Positions 1 to 8,739 of a stretch of DNA of 24,000 bases are shown in pieces; positions within the stretch are counted from its first letter, which is position 1, and the number at the start of each line of letters is the position of its first letter. The notes under the pieces were generated by a model that saw only the letters and a list, made by a program, of their open reading frames with translations, made no database searches and had not been told where the DNA came from. The stretch is from an uncultured Erysipelotrichaceae bacterium (lineage in GTDB: Bacteria; Bacillota_I; Bacilli_A; Erysipelotrichales; Erysipelotrichaceae): positions 1,309,439-1,333,438 of the forward strand of contig OW818635.1 in the NCBI GenBank assembly GCA_942492825.1, read 5' to 3'. A program made the translations under genes and the position numbers.

Positions 1-61
1 ATCCACTCAAAGTCACCTGAATCAATGGTTTTAATATCAAGGTCGTTTTCTTTGTGTTCAC
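1..61 (-). CDS. Partial CDS (N-terminus only, runs off the left edge), hypothetical protein
   Basis: On the minus strand, AAGGAGAG lies 6 nt upstream of a GTG at 59-61. The open frame reads VNTKKTTLILKPLIQVTLSG to the window edge. It is too short to identify and is not in the ORF track. Confidence 0.3.
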   Translation of the reverse strand, partial: MNTKKTTLILKPLIQVTLSG

Positions 62-183
62 GGGGGTCTCTCCTTTTATTTACCTATTTATATAAGTTAT
101 TTCTATTCAATTGATATATCCTAACTTAAGTATACTCCAATCGAAACACGATGAATCGAAGATTACTGATCCTAAACAAACAC

Positions 184-209
184 AAAAAAAGCATTCCTTG
201 CGGAATGCT
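184..209 (-). terminator. Rho-independent terminator after the binding-protein gene
   Basis: Stem 190-197 (agcattcc) pairs with 202-209 (ggaatgct) around loop ttgc. On the minus strand it is followed by six T (184-189). It starts 20 nt after the stop codon at 229-231. Confidence 0.75.
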
Positions 210-228
210 CTTTGTCAGAAGAAGTAGC

Positions 229-1482
229 TTACTTAATTCCTTCGATCGCGGCTTTGATCTGCGCTTTGAACGCGGTCTTGTCGATCGTTCCTTTGGCGAA
301 CAGTTCATAAATCGGACCTAAGGTGCCCATACCGAAGTCGGACGGCATATCGTTTTGCCACCAGGCATAAGCTTTCCCGGCTTGGTTCCATTCCATGACG
401 GCGGCGCTCAGCGGAGTGCTCGGTTTCAAGGTAACGCTGTTAAACGCAGGAACCATGTGGGCTTTGTTGACCATGTAGTCATGGCCTTCGGCGGATGCGG
501 CGAGGTCATCCAAGAAGTCTCTGGCAACATCCGTCATCTTGGAGTCTTTGTTGATGACGTAGTAGGACGGGGCTCCGATGAAAATGGAATCGTTGCCTTC
601 AGCCATCGTGGCGTGCGGCAAGTAACCCATTTCGAAATCGGAATCCGCATACGAGCTGTCGGTCCAGTTTCCTTGGTGTAAGAAAGCGGCTTTGCCATCG
701 GCGAACGTTCCGACTTGGTCGTCATACGTTCCGGTGGTCAGGACGGATTTGTTGGCATATTTGAACAGTAATTCTGCCCAGTTGGCAAGTTGGTCTAAAC
801 GGTCCGCATCGACTTCTCCGTTATTGAGTTTTTCGATGACGGAATTGTCGGCATAATCCAAACCGGCGGAGAGATAACCGTTGAAATTATGCAATCCGGT
901 AACCCAGTACATACCGCTGGCGGCAGCCATCGATACGACGGTGTAATCAGCCATGTTATTGGCATCATAGTAAGCTTGGACCTTTGCGAAAGCAGCATCG
1001 TATTCCGCTTGGGAAACATCTTTCAACGCTGCGATGTCGACGCCGGCAGCATCGAGGATCTTTTTATTGTAAGCCATGCCCCAACCTTCGACGGCAACCG
1101 GGAATCCGAAAACTTTTCCGTCGACTTTGAGTTCTAGTTCGGTGTTGTCGATCCAAGCGTCGCCTGTAAAGCTCAACATCTTGTCTTTGTAGATGTTGTA
1201 ACCGCCCATACCTTCGATAACGAAGATGTCGGGTTGTTTTTCGGATTGGAATTCGGCTAAAATCTGAGTTCCGTATGCGCAGGTATCGCCACCACAGGTT
1301 TTGACTTCGACGGTTACGTCGTTTGCTTCGCCCCAGGCTTGAGCATACGTACTAAGAACTTCATCAATCTCAACTTTGTTTTGGTAAATAATCAGCGTCT
1401 TTTCTTCTTTCTTGGCACAAGCGGTCAATCCCGCGACCACCAAGAACGAAATCATCAGAATCACAAGCTTTTTCAATTTCAT
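229..1482 (-). CDS. Extracellular solute-binding lipoprotein of a CUT1-type carbohydrate ABC transporter
   Basis: 417 aa. Signal peptide with lipobox (MKLKKLVILMISFLVVAGLTAC). Length and composition fit family-1 sugar-binding proteins. AAGGAGG RBS upstream of the ATG at 1482. Last gene of the permease/GH65 operon. Confidence 0.88.
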   Translation of the reverse strand: MKLKKLVILMISFLVVAGLTACAKKEEKTLIIYQNKVEIDEVLSTYAQAWGEANDVTVEVKTCGGDTCAYGTQILAEFQSEKQPDIFVIEGMGGYNIYKDKMLSFTGDAWIDNTELELKVDGKVFGFPVAVEGWGMAYNKKILDAAGVDIAALKDVSQAEYDAAFAKVQAYYDANNMADYTVVSMAAASGMYWVTGLHNFNGYLSAGLDYADNSVIEKLNNGEVDADRLDQLANWAELLFKYANKSVLTTGTYDDQVGTFADGKAAFLHQGNWTDSSYADSDFEMGYLPHATMAEGNDSIFIGAPSYYVINKDSKMTDVARDFLDDLAASAEGHDYMVNKAHMVPAFNSVTLKPSTPLSAAVMEWNQAGKAYAWWQNDMPSDFGMGTLGPIYELFAKGTIDKTAFKAQIKAAIEGIK

Positions 1483-1518
1483 TTCCTCCTTTATTTGAAA
1501 TAAATTGAATATGATTAA

Positions 1519-3768
1519 TCAAGCGTTCTTGATTAATTCCGAGTGTTGACCTTCGACGAGAATGTCTTCGTCAAAGAGTCGAATGCGAATCGGTTTATCG
1601 GAAGTAACGGTGACCACGTGGTCTTTTACGTGAATCTTGATTTTACTTCCTTGATAGAGAATGCCGATCGAGATTTCCTTAAAATGATTTTGGTAAGCCG
1701 GAGCGATCCGCAATTGTTTCTCCAATCGTAAACCCAGTAATCCATAGATCAGAAGAAGATAGGTGCCGCCCATGTTCGCCATATGTAGTCCATGGCGGGT
1801 ATGCCGCGTCGCGTCTGTCAGATCGATGTTCAACGAATCCTTGAAGAATTCGAGACCGAGTTCCTCCAAATTCAGATTGTAAGCGGCAATTCCGTAAATA
1901 CATTTCGAAAGACTTGAATCATGTGTGGTACGGGCTAGGTAATAGTCGAACGTGTTGCGATACAGTTGATTGCGTTGAGCATCCAGAAGTACCATCGCCA
2001 AAACGGCGTCGGATTGTTTCAGAATTTGGTGTCGATAGATAAACAACGGATGATAGTAAAGCAACATCGGATGTTTGTCGCTTGGCACTTTACTGAGATC
2101 CAGATCATCCTTATCTAAGAAGGTCGCGTCTTGGGCGACTAGTTGTCTTTCTGAGTCGATGATCAAGTTCATCTTGTTGGCCGCGTTCATGAATTCCGCG
2201 ATGATGCCGGATTTTACACCGACCTTTTCGAATACCGAATCGCTGACCGAGGTATGATGGACCGCATACTCAACCACATTTTCGAAATGGCGTTTCGCCA
2301 TCGCGTTGGTATAGTAGTTGTCATTGACGATGGCGGTGTATTCATCCGGTCCTGTGACTACGTCCAAATGGAAGACATCATTTTTGAAGTGTCCGTAATC
2401 CAAGAGAAATAAGGCGGTCTCAAGTAGGATCTCAAACCCATATGAACTCATGAAAGCTTCATCCTGGGTCGCATTGTAATATTGCATCACTTCGTAGGCA
2501 ACGTCGCTATTGATGTGGATCTGCGCACTCCCGGCAGGATAATAGGGGGATGCTTCGGTTCCGTTGATTGTCCGCCATGGGATTTTCACACCGCGATTGA
2601 CACCGAGTTTTCGTGCTTCGCTGCGTGCTTCTTCCAAATGGTGATAACGATACAACAATAATCGTCTTCCTTTTTCCGGTTGGTTAAGGATGAAGTATGG
2701 CAACATGTAGATTTCGGTGTCCCAGAAATAATGCCCTTCATACCCTTCTCCGCTGATGCCTTTGGCGGCGATTTGGATTCGTTCATGTTCTCCACCGCTT
2801 GAATTGAGTTGATACAAGCTATAGTATAACGACTTCAAGCTTTCGTCATCGCTGAGGTCAATTTCGGTATGATCGAAGAAGTTTCTCGCGTGTTGCATCT
2901 GTTGCGAACGACAATCTTGATAGGACTTTAGACTCATAACCAACGCTTCGGTCGTCAATTTCTCTGAATTAGTCAACTCCGCATTGTAGATCTGATACTT
3001 CGTAAATGCGAAGACTTCATTGGGTGAAATATTGATATTGGATAACGCTTCGATTCCATCTTCAATCTCTCGGTACTCAAACGCTATATCGTGCGTGATC
3101 GCGACTTCGATTTCGAAGTGGCTCTCGACGGTTTGTGCTTGAAGACTTGCCCAATTCGCATACGCTTTACGATTCAAGAGTTTCAAATGTTTCTTCGCTT
3201 GACCGACGCGGGGATCATTATGCTTATCCGTCTTGATTTTCGGCATTCTCAATAACGACGTGAATCGCAAAGGTCCCTCATAGTTGACGCTTTCGATTTC
3301 AATATGGGTAACGATCAGATGTTTAGCGAATAATGAGACAAATTTCTCCTCTTTGAGGATGAAACGAAAGCCGCGTTTTGTTTCATAAGTTGCGGTACGT
3401 TGAGTTAAACCCTTTCCCATATCGAAGGTGCGCTCCAATGCGATCAATCTGGCATCGCTGAGATTTATACGCTCTTGATCGGTTTCAATCAACACAGTGG
3501 ATGCATCGGGAAGATTGACGATCGTTTGCCCGGATTGGGGAAATTGGATCGAGTTCTCCTCGTAATGGTATGGAAAGAAGTTATAGAAGCCATTAATTAA
3601 CGTTTGCGGATAATCATTGTCATTTCCGTAGCCTTCGAAGAAATGCCCGCGTGTTCCTAAAATTCCGTTAGCTATCGAAAAAATCGTCTCATCTGTCAGA
3701 AGTTCATCCATAGCGAGTCGTTGATCCCGACGAATCAACATCTCTTTTTGTTTAAGTGTCAGTGTCAT
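1519..3768 (-). CDS. Glycoside hydrolase family 65 disaccharide phosphorylase (maltose/kojibiose/nigerose/trehalose-phosphorylase class; specificity not resolvable here)
   Basis: 749 aa, the size typical of GH65. It has the GH65-type catalytic segment GEGYEGHYFWDTEIYMLPYF and an N-terminal ANGxLGTRG motif. The start overlaps the stop of the upstream beta-PGM gene (ATGA, 3765-3768). AAGGAG RBS. Confidence 0.9.
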   Translation of the reverse strand: MTLTLKQKEMLIRRDQRLAMDELLTDETIFSIANGILGTRGHFFEGYGNDNDYPQTLINGFYNFFPYHYEENSIQFPQSGQTIVNLPDASTVLIETDQERINLSDARLIALERTFDMGKGLTQRTATYETKRGFRFILKEEKFVSLFAKHLIVTHIEIESVNYEGPLRFTSLLRMPKIKTDKHNDPRVGQAKKHLKLLNRKAYANWASLQAQTVESHFEIEVAITHDIAFEYREIEDGIEALSNINISPNEVFAFTKYQIYNAELTNSEKLTTEALVMSLKSYQDCRSQQMQHARNFFDHTEIDLSDDESLKSLYYSLYQLNSSGGEHERIQIAAKGISGEGYEGHYFWDTEIYMLPYFILNQPEKGRRLLLYRYHHLEEARSEARKLGVNRGVKIPWRTINGTEASPYYPAGSAQIHINSDVAYEVMQYYNATQDEAFMSSYGFEILLETALFLLDYGHFKNDVFHLDVVTGPDEYTAIVNDNYYTNAMAKRHFENVVEYAVHHTSVSDSVFEKVGVKSGIIAEFMNAANKMNLIIDSERQLVAQDATFLDKDDLDLSKVPSDKHPMLLYYHPLFIYRHQILKQSDAVLAMVLLDAQRNQLYRNTFDYYLARTTHDSSLSKCIYGIAAYNLNLEELGLEFFKDSLNIDLTDATRHTRHGLHMANMGGTYLLLIYGLLGLRLEKQLRIAPAYQNHFKEISIGILYQGSKIKIHVKDHVVTVTSDKPIRIRLFDEDILVEGQHSELIKNA

Positions 3769-4421
3769 AAATCTCCTTGTAGAATCTGCTCAAGCAGCGA
3801 TCTGTCGAGTTCTGGAAAGGTTTTCACATGGATATCCGCTTTCAATAGGTTTTCCGGTCCGATGCCGATCGCAAACATCCCGGCACGTTTGATCGCTTCG
3901 ACGCCAGATATCGCATCTTCGAATCCAATACATTGATTCGGAGTACAATCGAAATGTCTCATCGCATCCAGGAAAATATCAGGATTGGGTTTCCCAAGAA
4001 GATGCGCCGGATTGACAATATAGTCGAATTTTCCAGCGATCCCCAACTTATCCAACAAAACCGGTCCGTTTTGCGAAGCACTTCCCAAAGCGATCTTCAC
4101 GTTTCTTGATTTTAGGAAGTCGAGGATTTCCGTAACTCCCGTAAGTAGCTTACTCGAATCAAACGCCATCACCGATTCTTGATATAAGCGGTTTTTCTCA
4201 TCGGCCAAACGATGTTTGACAGTCTGGTCAAGTCCGATTTTGTAATGGTCCAACAGAGCGTTTAAGGAATCGATTCGCGATACCCCTTTGGTCTTCTGTT
4301 CGAGTAACGGATCGATTTCGATCGCGAAATGATTCTTGAAGATCGCTCTCCAGGCATTGAAATGCTCATCCGTCGTACTCGTCAACACGCCATCCAAATC
4401 GAAGATCGCTAGTTTGATCAT
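3765..4421 (-). CDS. pgmB: Beta-phosphoglucomutase (HAD superfamily)
   Basis: HAD motifs are present: FDLDGVLT (nucleophile Asp), GKPNPDIF, GFEDAISGVEA. The partnership with GH65 is canonical. The ORF-track start at 4535 would overlap the permease by 112 nt. I re-called the start at the internal ATG at 4419-4421 (MIKLAIFDLDG), which sits 2 nt after the permease stop at 4424-4426. Confidence 0.85.
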   Translation of the reverse strand: MIKLAIFDLDGVLTSTTDEHFNAWRAIFKNHFAIEIDPLLEQKTKGVSRIDSLNALLDHYKIGLDQTVKHRLADEKNRLYQESVMAFDSSKLLTGVTEILDFLKSRNVKIALGSASQNGPVLLDKLGIAGKFDYIVNPAHLLGKPNPDIFLDAMRHFDCTPNQCIGFEDAISGVEAIKRAGMFAIGIGPENLLKADIHVKTFPELDRSLLEQILQGDL

Positions 4422-4423
4422 GT

Positions 4424-5296
4424 CTATTTGATCGCTCCGGATGTCATACCTTTGATAATGTGTTTCTGTGCGAATAGGAAGAGAATGAATACCGGTAATG
4501 CGGCCATCAGCACGCTTGTTAAAATCAATGCCCATTCTTTATCGTAGAATCCCGCCAAGTTCGCTACGGATAGCGGTAAGGTCTTGACATCCCCGCCAAG
4601 TCCGATGATTAACACCGGCAGCAGGTAGTCGTTCCAAATCCACATACCGTTCAAAACAAGCATCGTGACGAAGACCGGACGAAGGATCGGGAAGACGATT
4701 TTAAAGAAAACTTGAGGTTTTGTACATCCGTCGATGATCGCCGCTTCTTCGATATCCAGTGGAATCGATTTTATGAAGCCGTGAAACATGAATATGCTTA
4801 ATGGCGTCCCAAACCCAATATAAGCTAGAATTACGCCATAATAGGTGTCTTTGAAAGGGATACCGGTGACTTGACGCAATGTTTCCAACAATCTAACCAA
4901 CGGCAACATAACGACTTGAAACGGAATAACCATGCCCGCTAAGAAGAACATGAAGATCCAGAAAGAATATTTACGTTTCGTCCTGACCAACATCCAAGCT
5001 GCCATCGCGCTTAACACACCGATCGAAATCAGACTTGCGGTCGTGATGATTACCGAATTGAAGAATGCGGTGAGGTAATCGATATTGTCACGCGTCATGA
5101 TTTCTTGGACGTTACGTACCAGATTCATCCAATCGGTCGGTAAACTTAACGGTGTGCGAATGATTTCAGATGCGTTTTTCGCAGCGTTGATGATGACGAG
5201 AACCAGCGGGGTAAAAAAGACAAGCATCAACAAGAAACCTAAGAGTTCCAACGCATGGATCGCTTTGAAACGAAATTTGGGGCGATTGGTTTTCAT
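4424..5296 (-). CDS. Carbohydrate ABC transporter permease (MalG/UgpE-like)
   Basis: 290 aa with multiple TM segments and an EAA-loop-like segment (IEEAAIIDGCTKPQVFFKIVFPIL). Its ATG overlaps the stop of the upstream permease (ATGA at 5293-5296). Confidence 0.9.
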   Translation of the reverse strand: MKTNRPKFRFKAIHALELLGFLLMLVFFTPLVLVIINAAKNASEIIRTPLSLPTDWMNLVRNVQEIMTRDNIDYLTAFFNSVIITTASLISIGVLSAMAAWMLVRTKRKYSFWIFMFFLAGMVIPFQVVMLPLVRLLETLRQVTGIPFKDTYYGVILAYIGFGTPLSIFMFHGFIKSIPLDIEEAAIIDGCTKPQVFFKIVFPILRPVFVTMLVLNGMWIWNDYLLPVLIIGLGGDVKTLPLSVANLAGFYDKEWALILTSVLMAALPVFILFLFAQKHIIKGMTSGAIK

Positions 5297-6441
5297 AGTT
5301 GGATCTCCCGACGTTTATTGTAGTAGACCTGCAAAAGTGAAATGACCAAGAGGAAGATGAAGAAGACGATTGCCTTGGCTTGACCAACCCCAAGTTGATA
5401 TTGCGTGAACGCTTCTTGATAAATATTGAGCGCGATCAAATTGGAGGATTGAACGACCGGAAGTGCCGACATGCCGAGTATCTTGCCCAACCACGCCGGG
5501 AAAAGCGTCCCCGGTCCCCCATTGGTAAGACTTAGAACCGTGTCGTATTGTTTAAACGATGTCGTCAAGGTCAGAAACATCGAAACGGTAAACGCTTGGG
5601 CGACCAACGGGAAGATAATCAAACGTAACCGTTGAAAGGCGTTGGCTCCATCGATCTTACTTGCTTCGACCAAATCTTGCGGAACATTCTGCAAAGCTGC
5701 GACGTATATCATCATGATGTAACCGGCATACTGCCATGTCACGACGATAATCAGCCCGATCATCGCCGTTTCTCCGTTAACCAGGATACTCGTCGCAAAG
5801 GCCGGTCCGAGGCTCGTTACCGCACGGTTGAAGATAAACTGCCAGATATACCCCAAGACCAATCCGCCGATCAAGTTCGGCAAGAAGAATCCTGCCCGAT
5901 AGAGATTTCTAAGTTTCAAGTTTTGTGTAACCAACAAAGCGAGGAAGAAAGCCGCCGCATTGATGAACAGGATGTTCAATACGGAATAAAGGATGGTTCG
6001 ATAGAGCGAATATGCGAAACGATAATCAGTGAAAATCGTTTGGTAATTTCGAAGACCGATAAAAATCTCGTTTCCGGTATTCAGTCCATCCCAGTTTGTC
6101 AGAGAAAGAATGATCCCATGGAGGAAAGAGTACATAACAAATAAACTGAAAGCGCTCAGGGATGGCAAGACGAAGTAAGAGAATACGCGGTTGTGTTGCG
6201 CCTCCGCGGAATCTCCCAGCCACTTATTGACCAAAAACGCTCTCAACGGTCCGCGTTTCTTCGTAATATCGTGCGCATAGATGTTTTTCTTAAACAAGCG
6301 CGCAATCGTGGCGATTAGCCCGACGAAAGGAGCAAGAAAGAACATTCCGAAGGAGATTAACGCGAATAAGATTTTGTGAGCGGGTTTGACCATAACTGAG
6401 CCTTTCTGTTCTTTGTGGAAAGGTTTCCACACGATACTCAT
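5293..6441 (-). CDS. Carbohydrate ABC transporter permease (MalF/UgpA-like) with an N-terminal extension
   Basis: 382 aa with the EAA loop (VEASKIDGANAFQRLRLIIFPL). The conserved permease core begins near residue 85, and the extension carries one extra predicted TM helix. The start is uncertain. The ATG at 6441 has a weak RBS. The alternative ATG at 6393 (MVKPAHK) has GAAAGG 7 nt upstream. Confidence 0.82.
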   Translation of the reverse strand: MSIVWKPFHKEQKGSVMVKPAHKILFALISFGMFFLAPFVGLIATIARLFKKNIYAHDITKKRGPLRAFLVNKWLGDSAEAQHNRVFSYFVLPSLSAFSLFVMYSFLHGIILSLTNWDGLNTGNEIFIGLRNYQTIFTDYRFAYSLYRTILYSVLNILFINAAAFFLALLVTQNLKLRNLYRAGFFLPNLIGGLVLGYIWQFIFNRAVTSLGPAFATSILVNGETAMIGLIIVVTWQYAGYIMMIYVAALQNVPQDLVEASKIDGANAFQRLRLIIFPLVAQAFTVSMFLTLTTSFKQYDTVLSLTNGGPGTLFPAWLGKILGMSALPVVQSSNLIALNIYQEAFTQYQLGVGQAKAIVFFIFLLVISLLQVYYNKRREIQL

Positions 6442-6507
6442 AGAATAAGGTTTCCGATGATCAAGAAACCTGAATTGGGTGAGATGACTTTTCTTTTGGC
6501 TACATTA

Positions 6508-6536
6508 AGTATGCCATGGACTGTAAGCGCTGTCAA
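6508..6536 (-). promoter_or_regulatory. Sigma-A-type promoter of the sugar operon
   Basis: Read on the minus strand: TTGACA (6531-6536), a 17-nt spacer, then CATACT (6508-6513). It lies about 70 nt upstream of the first permease ATG. Confidence 0.5.
6522..6535. promoter_or_regulatory. LacI-family operator / cre-like palindrome
   Basis: tgtaagcgctgtca fits the cre/LacI-family consensus TGWAANCGNTNNCW at every specified position. It overlaps the -35 hexamer and spacer of the operon promoter and sits next to the LacI-family regulator gene. Confidence 0.6.
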
Positions 6537-6570
6537 GATTGGACTTCACCTTTGAACTTAATTCGATCGT

Positions 6571-6594
6571 AAAAAAAACGGCGTTACGCCGTTT
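6571..6594 (-). terminator. Rho-independent terminator of the LacI-family regulator gene
   Basis: An 8-bp stem, aaacggcg (6576-6583) with cgccgttt (6587-6594). The TAA stop codon forms the 3-nt loop. On the minus strand the stem is followed by a T run. Confidence 0.7.
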
Positions 6595-7564
6595 CCCCAT
6601 GAATGAATTCGATCGGAATAATCTTATCTTTCCCCGCATCCCCGTTGATCAACAACAATACGTTTTCGACCAACGCCTGCGCGATCCGTTCGGGACTCTG
6701 GGAGATCGAAGTGATCGTCTTCCCCAGATTCGATGTTTCACGCCCTCCGTCAAATCCGATGACTTTGACATCGTTTGGAACATTGCGACCGACTTTTTCC
6801 AATCGCCGTACGACTTCGGCGGCAATGATATCGTTGTTGGTGAAGATGCCATCGACTTCGGGGTGATCGATTACCGTTTGGTAAACCGATTCGGGAATCG
6901 AATTGTAATCGCCTAAAGGATACTCGATATTGATGATGTTATCGATGCCGTGATGTTTCAGCTCTTCGATAAATCCGATTCTACGTTTCGCGACTTCCGT
7001 ATTGACGACCGAGTGTTCGCCTTGCGCGTCATCGCCGATAAACATGAAGTGTCGACACTCTTTCTTCAATAAGTACTGCGCGGCTAAGACGCCGCCTTTA
7101 TAATTATCGCTCGCAACGAAGGGAACTCCTTCGAATCTGCGGTCAAACGTAACGATCGGGAATCGCTTTTCTAAGTAGGGTTCGATATCATTGTTCGTTA
7201 GTAAGATTAACGCATCCACTCGGCTCCGCTTCAGCATTTCGATGTACGTAATCTCTTTTTCGATATGTTCGCTGGAGTTACACAACATCAACATATATCC
7301 GTTCCGGTACAATTCTTTTTCGACCGCGTCGATCAGTTCCCCGAAAAACAGGTGCGTGCTGTTCGGCAATAGAAACGCGACCAAGTTGTTTTTTTGAAGC
7401 GCCATGCTGCGGGCGATCTCATTGGATACAAAGCCGATCTCGCGAATGACACTTTCCACTTTTTCGCGGGTTTCCTTTTTCACATAACCGGAGTTGTTGA
7501 CGACCCTGGAAACGGTCGCGATGCCGACTCCCGCTTTTTTTGCTACGTCGATGATGTTTGCCAT
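6584..7564 (-). CDS. LacI family transcriptional regulator
   Basis: 326 aa. N-terminal HTH (IIDVAKKAGVGIATVSRVVNNSGYVKKETREKV) followed by a periplasmic-binding-protein-like sugar-binding fold of the usual length. Confidence 0.9.
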   Translation of the reverse strand: MANIIDVAKKAGVGIATVSRVVNNSGYVKKETREKVESVIREIGFVSNEIARSMALQKNNLVAFLLPNSTHLFFGELIDAVEKELYRNGYMLMLCNSSEHIEKEITYIEMLKRSRVDALILLTNNDIEPYLEKRFPIVTFDRRFEGVPFVASDNYKGGVLAAQYLLKKECRHFMFIGDDAQGEHSVVNTEVAKRRIGFIEELKHHGIDNIINIEYPLGDYNSIPESVYQTVIDHPEVDGIFTNNDIIAAEVVRRLEKVGRNVPNDVKVIGFDGGRETSNLGKTITSISQSPERIAQALVENVLLLINGDAGKDKIIPIEFIHGETA

Positions 7565-7589
7565 TCAGAGATCATCCCTTCTTTGTTGT

Positions 7590-7598
7590 ATTATACCA
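7590..7598 (-). promoter_or_regulatory. Extended -10 promoter element for the LacI-family gene
   Basis: The minus strand reads TGgTATAAT (TG at 7597-7598, TATAAT at 7590-7595), about 25 nt upstream of the ATG at 7564. The -35 is weak. Confidence 0.4.
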
Positions 7599-7650
7599 TG
7601 GCATTCTTTTTGAGATAAGGTAAACCGAGGAATGCGAGGAATCTTGAGGA

Positions 7651-8625
7651 TCAAATATCATCGTGAAAAGCGACGCAGACGGTTTCCGGCGCATACACAT
7701 CTTTTTGAACTAAGGTAAGCATACCGGTTTCTCCGTTTCTTTCATATAATGTTAAATTGTCGGAATCAAGGTTCGCACACACCAAGAAGCGATTATCGGG
7801 TGAAAAAGCGAAGTCGCGGGGATGCTTGCCAAACGATGAGATCGTCTGGATCCGCACTAACATTCCTTTTTCATCGATTTTAAATACACTGATCGAATCG
7901 TGCCCTCTCTGTCCCGTATAAAGGAACATACCATCCCTGGAAATTCGGATCGCTGAAGCCCACTTGATATCGTCTTCCCCTTCAGGTAAAGTCAAGATCG
8001 ATTCGATAAACCTAAGCCCAGAATCCTCATGATGCAGAACCAGTACTTCGCTACTGAGTTCGGTTAAGACATACAGGATCGGTAACTTTGGATGTACGAC
8101 GAAGTGACGTGGTCCTTTCCCTTGTGTCACTTCGTAGGTGTACTTCAAAACATACTTCTGATTCTCAAGTATATAGGCATGGACTTTGTCCAATCCGAGA
8201 TCGCATACGATCACTTCATCAAACATCGAAACGTAGTCAATACTATGGGCATGGGATCCTATCGGATACTGGATGCGCTGCATGTGTTGAACTTTGTTTA
8301 ATTCGATCGAATAGATATCCACATTCCCGCCATGATAGTTCGCGGTGAAGAGTGTGTTTTCATTGGGATGCAGGCTGATATAACACGGGGCGACCGCTTC
8401 ATCGAGATGACGATCGACTTCGTGCCCGTCACGAAAGAAAATTATGCCGCCTTGGTGATCGAATGCGACCGAGAATGTTTTTTCCTGCTCGACCGCAAGA
8501 TACGTGGGCGTCGATACTTGAATGGCCAATCGTAAATCATGCAATCTTTTTAGATCCGGGTCCAACTCGATCGTATAGATCCCTTGGCTGATTCGTTTCG
8601 TATATGTTCCGAGTGTGATTTTCAT
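7651..8625 (-). CDS. Lactonase, 7-bladed beta-propeller family (6-phosphogluconolactonase-like)
   Basis: The overall sequence pattern matches the Pgl/YbhE-type lactonase family (repeated blade-like segments, GPRH, HPRDFAFSPDNRFL, NLDSDNLTLY). The ORF-track start at 8763 adds 46 implausible residues that run through the divergent lemA promoter. I re-called the start at the ATG at 8623-8625 (MKITLGTY), which has an AAGAGG RBS. Confidence 0.75.
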   Translation of the reverse strand: MKITLGTYTKRISQGIYTIELDPDLKRLHDLRLAIQVSTPTYLAVEQEKTFSVAFDHQGGIIFFRDGHEVDRHLDEAVAPCYISLHPNENTLFTANYHGGNVDIYSIELNKVQHMQRIQYPIGSHAHSIDYVSMFDEVIVCDLGLDKVHAYILENQKYVLKYTYEVTQGKGPRHFVVHPKLPILYVLTELSSEVLVLHHEDSGLRFIESILTLPEGEDDIKWASAIRISRDGMFLYTGQRGHDSISVFKIDEKGMLVRIQTISSFGKHPRDFAFSPDNRFLVCANLDSDNLTLYERNGETGMLTLVQKDVYAPETVCVAFHDDI

Positions 8626-8739
8626 GCGATACCTCTTAAACTTAGGATAGCATAAATCGTTATGTTTTTGGATAATCCCGAACGAATCCATTAAAACGGA
8701 TGCGAAACCAATCATGACATCCTTTTCACAGACACAAGC

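Noticed and set aside
355-681. Plus-strand ORFs antisense to the binding-protein gene (355-681, 889-1137) and the 60-aa ORF at 126-308
   Set aside because: They lie entirely within or opposite a well-supported CDS or terminator. They have no RBS and their composition is low-complexity or implausible. These are typical shadow ORFs.
3765-4535. Long ORF-track N-terminal extensions of pgmB (4535), lactonase (8763), tnpA (11957), secG (15023), CPBP (15929) and pgk (19281)
   Set aside because: Each extension overlaps an upstream gene, promoter, terminator or UTR structure and adds non-homologous residues. An internal ATG with a strong SD restores the canonical family N-terminus in each case.
5632-6144. 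A 170-aa plus-strand ORF antisense to the MalF-like permease
   Set aside because: Its hydrophilic, Asp/Arg/Gln-rich sequence is what the reverse complement of membrane-protein codons produces. It has no SD and no recognisable motif, and the sense-strand gene is unambiguous.
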